Assembly: GCF_020745735.1 (NCBI RefSeq) | Contig: NW_026867603.1 | Span: forward strand, 1,798,001 to 1,862,000 | Direction of reading: 5' to 3' | Length of the DNA stretch: 64,000 nt | Origin: Hemiscyllium ocellatum | Lineage: Eukaryota | Shown: positions 61,375-64,000 of the stretch, in pieces | How positions within the stretch are numbered: the stretch's first letter is position 1 | Layout of the letters: every line of letters starts with the position of its first letter | Notes under the pieces: generated by a model | What the model saw: only the letters and a program-made list of their open reading frames with translations | Database searches by the model: none | Told to the model about the DNA's origin: nothing | Program-made: the position numbers and the translations under genes

Positions 61375-64000
61375 GGTATAAGGTACAGGGACAGAAGTAG
61401 AGAATTTAGCCCACTGAATCTGCTCCACCATTCGGTCACAGCGAATATGTTTCTCAAGTACATTCCCCTGTCTTTCCCCTGTAACCCTTGATCCCCTTAC
61501 TAATCAAGATTCTATCTATCCCTTTCTCAAATAAAGTTAGTCTACTATCTATAATTTCACCTACACCTTCAACTATCTATCACAACCTCAGCTTCCACGA
61601 GCCCTACCCCTTCCATTTATCTCTCAGACCTCCTGACCCACAAACCTGATGAAGGGCTCCTGACCGAAACGCCGATTCTCCTGCCACTTTGATGCTGCCT
61701 GATCAGCTTTACGTTTCCAGTACAACATTCTTCGACTCTGATCTCCAGCACCCTCAATCCTCGCTTGCATATTGTCACTGACTTGACTTCCACAGCAATC
61801 TGTTCCACAGATTCGACAACGTTTGGCTGAAGATGTTGTTTCTCATTTCAGCCCTAAATGCTCGTTCCTTCAATCTGGCGCTGTATCCTCCGGTCCAGCT
61901 CACTCCAGCTAGTGAAATCATCTTCTCCATGCTATTTCCATGCAGCCATCTGTCAATTTGTAATTTTCAATCAACTCCATTTGTCATCATCGCAGGCTCT
62001 GTCGATACATGTTATTGTTATGTGTCATCATACTGAAAAATAACACTTTAATCCTGGAATCAGTGCTGGTAAAGTTTACAGTGTAGCATGATGGTGAATA
62101 TACTGTTACCAAATTTGCAAAACCACGGAGAAAGGTAAGTTTTAAATGAGAGACAAACAGTTTATACAGAGAAGTTAATGGTAAGTCAGCAAAACGTTCA
62201 CAAATGGAATATAACGTGGGAGACGGTGACATTGGCAGTTTTGGAAGGGAGAAAAAAATATATAATTGGAAAAAAAACCTGCAGAAAGGGTTTCGAATAT
62301 AACAGGAAGGAAAACTCACCAGGAATGTACAACGTAATGCTGAGACAAAGTGTATATTATTGCGGGTAGATTTGGTTCCAGTATTTAAGGAAAAATACCA
62401 TGTTATTTGTGGCAGTTTAGAGAAGGTTTACTGGGATGATCCCTGGTGTGGAGCAATTGTCTTTTGAGTAAAGACTAAAAAGATGTGAGTCTGTTAACAG
62501 GATATAAGCGGAGAGGACGATGATCCATTGAAACATGAAGTATTCTAAAGGCGTTTGGAAGGGTTAGAGAGTCATACAGTCACACATATGTAAAATAGCG
62601 AAACATGCCCTTCGGTCAAACTCATGCATGACTGACAGATATCCGGATCTAGTCTCAGTTGCCAACACCTCACCCATATATCCCTATAGCTCAAATACTC
62701 GCACCCTGGCAACATCGTTATATATTTTTTCCCGAAATCGTTAAAGTGCCTGACATCTTTCCAGTATCAGGGAGACCAGAAATGCACCTGTATTCCAGAA
62801 GTAGCCTAACCAATGGCCTGTACAGCCGTAATTTGAACTCCCAACTGCCATACTCAATGCCCTAACCAATAAAAGAAATCATTCCAAACGCATTCACAAC
62901 CCGATCTATCTGTGTCTCCACTCAAAATGAACTTTAAAAACTGTTCTGCAAAGTCTCTTGTTCAGCAACATTCCCTGGGCCATTAGCATTAGTTACGTAT
63001 GTCCAACCCTAACTTACCTTTTCATAATAATGCTCCTCGCATTTATCTCAATTATATTCCATTTGCCAGCCCTCGACCCATTGGCCCATCTATTCAAGCT
63101 CCCGCTTTTCTCTGAGGTAAACTCCATCGCAGTCCACTGTAGCTCCAATTGAGGTGCAACCTTCAAAATTCCGAAGTATACCTCGTATGATCACATGCAA
63201 ATCATGTATTTAAATGATGATAAAGAGTGACCACCTCTTCTCGCATTTTGCCACACCACTGTTCACAGACCTACATTCTTAAAAGTGTACCTCCAGCACC
63301 ACCCTCTGTCTTCTCCCTTCGAGCTAGGTCTGTATCTAAATGGCCAGTAACCCCTATATTTTATGTGATCTAGTCTGCCATGAGCAAGATTGTCTTATGT
63401 CTTACTGAATTCTACATTGATCACGTCCACTATTCTGCTCTAATAAATTCTCTTCGTTACTTCCTAAAAAAAATCAACTTAGCGAGACATGATTTCCAAC
63501 GCACAAAGCCCTGTTGACTACCCCTAATCATTTCTTGCTGATCCAAATATATGTAACTTCTGTCCCTCAGGATTCCCTCCAAAAACTTGCTGACCACAAA
63601 CAGCAGGCTCATCGGTCTGAGGTTCCCTCACTTTACTGTACAACCTTTCTGGAACTGTGGAACTGTGTTAGCAGGCCTCCAATCTCACCTATGGCTTTTA
63701 GTAATATAATATCACAGCAAGGGATCTAGCAATCACTTCTCTAGCTTCCCACGGAGTTCAAGGATGCACCTGATCAAGTCTTGATAATTAACATACCTTT
63801 GTACTTTTAAAGACGTCTAGCACCTCCATCTTTGTATTGTGAACATTTGTTTCAATACGTCTCTTTCTGCTTCCCCACATTCTATATCATTTATTTCCTT
63901 CTCCACATTAATCAGTAATGCAAAATATTCGTTTTGTCTATTTCCCATCTCCTGAGTTTCGACACATATGTTGCCATTTTGATCTTTGAGGAGCTATTTT
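61375..64000. mobile_element. Old CR1 fragments (both strands) with a PLE tail at ~61540-61760
   Basis: CR1 3'UTR and RT-like segments; mutated HHR CTGATGA..GAAACGCC at 61646-61673. Confidence 0.7.

Overview
Repeat-dense genomic DNA from a cartilaginous fish. The HE1/V-SINE copies with (TCTAA)n tails, CR1 LINEs and Penelope families point to a shark; the species cannot be fixed from sequence alone. Most of the window is nested mobile DNA: three decayed LTR retrotransposons with Gmr1-type order (gag-INT-RT-RNaseH), many CR1 fragments, about 9 tRNA-derived SINEs, and several Penelope-like elements (PLEs), including one near-intact young copy. A dozen or more PLE termini carry minimal hammerhead ribozyme motifs; some form TSD-flanked 130-220 bp palindromic mini-insertions. 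The only fairly convincing host coding sequence is a minus-strand first exon (28608-28431) of a probable GPR139/GPR142-like GPCR, whose second exon I could not find (an N-gap lies 2.2 kb downstream). Weaker signals are two tandem decayed Ig-like exons (30917-31201, 32209-32487), a decayed RING-H2-like exon (46348-46608), two old degenerate minisatellite arrays, a 2.7-kb tandem duplication and a 248-bp templated copy. Most ORF-track entries are repeat-derived or spurious. All calls are by eye; no searches were run.
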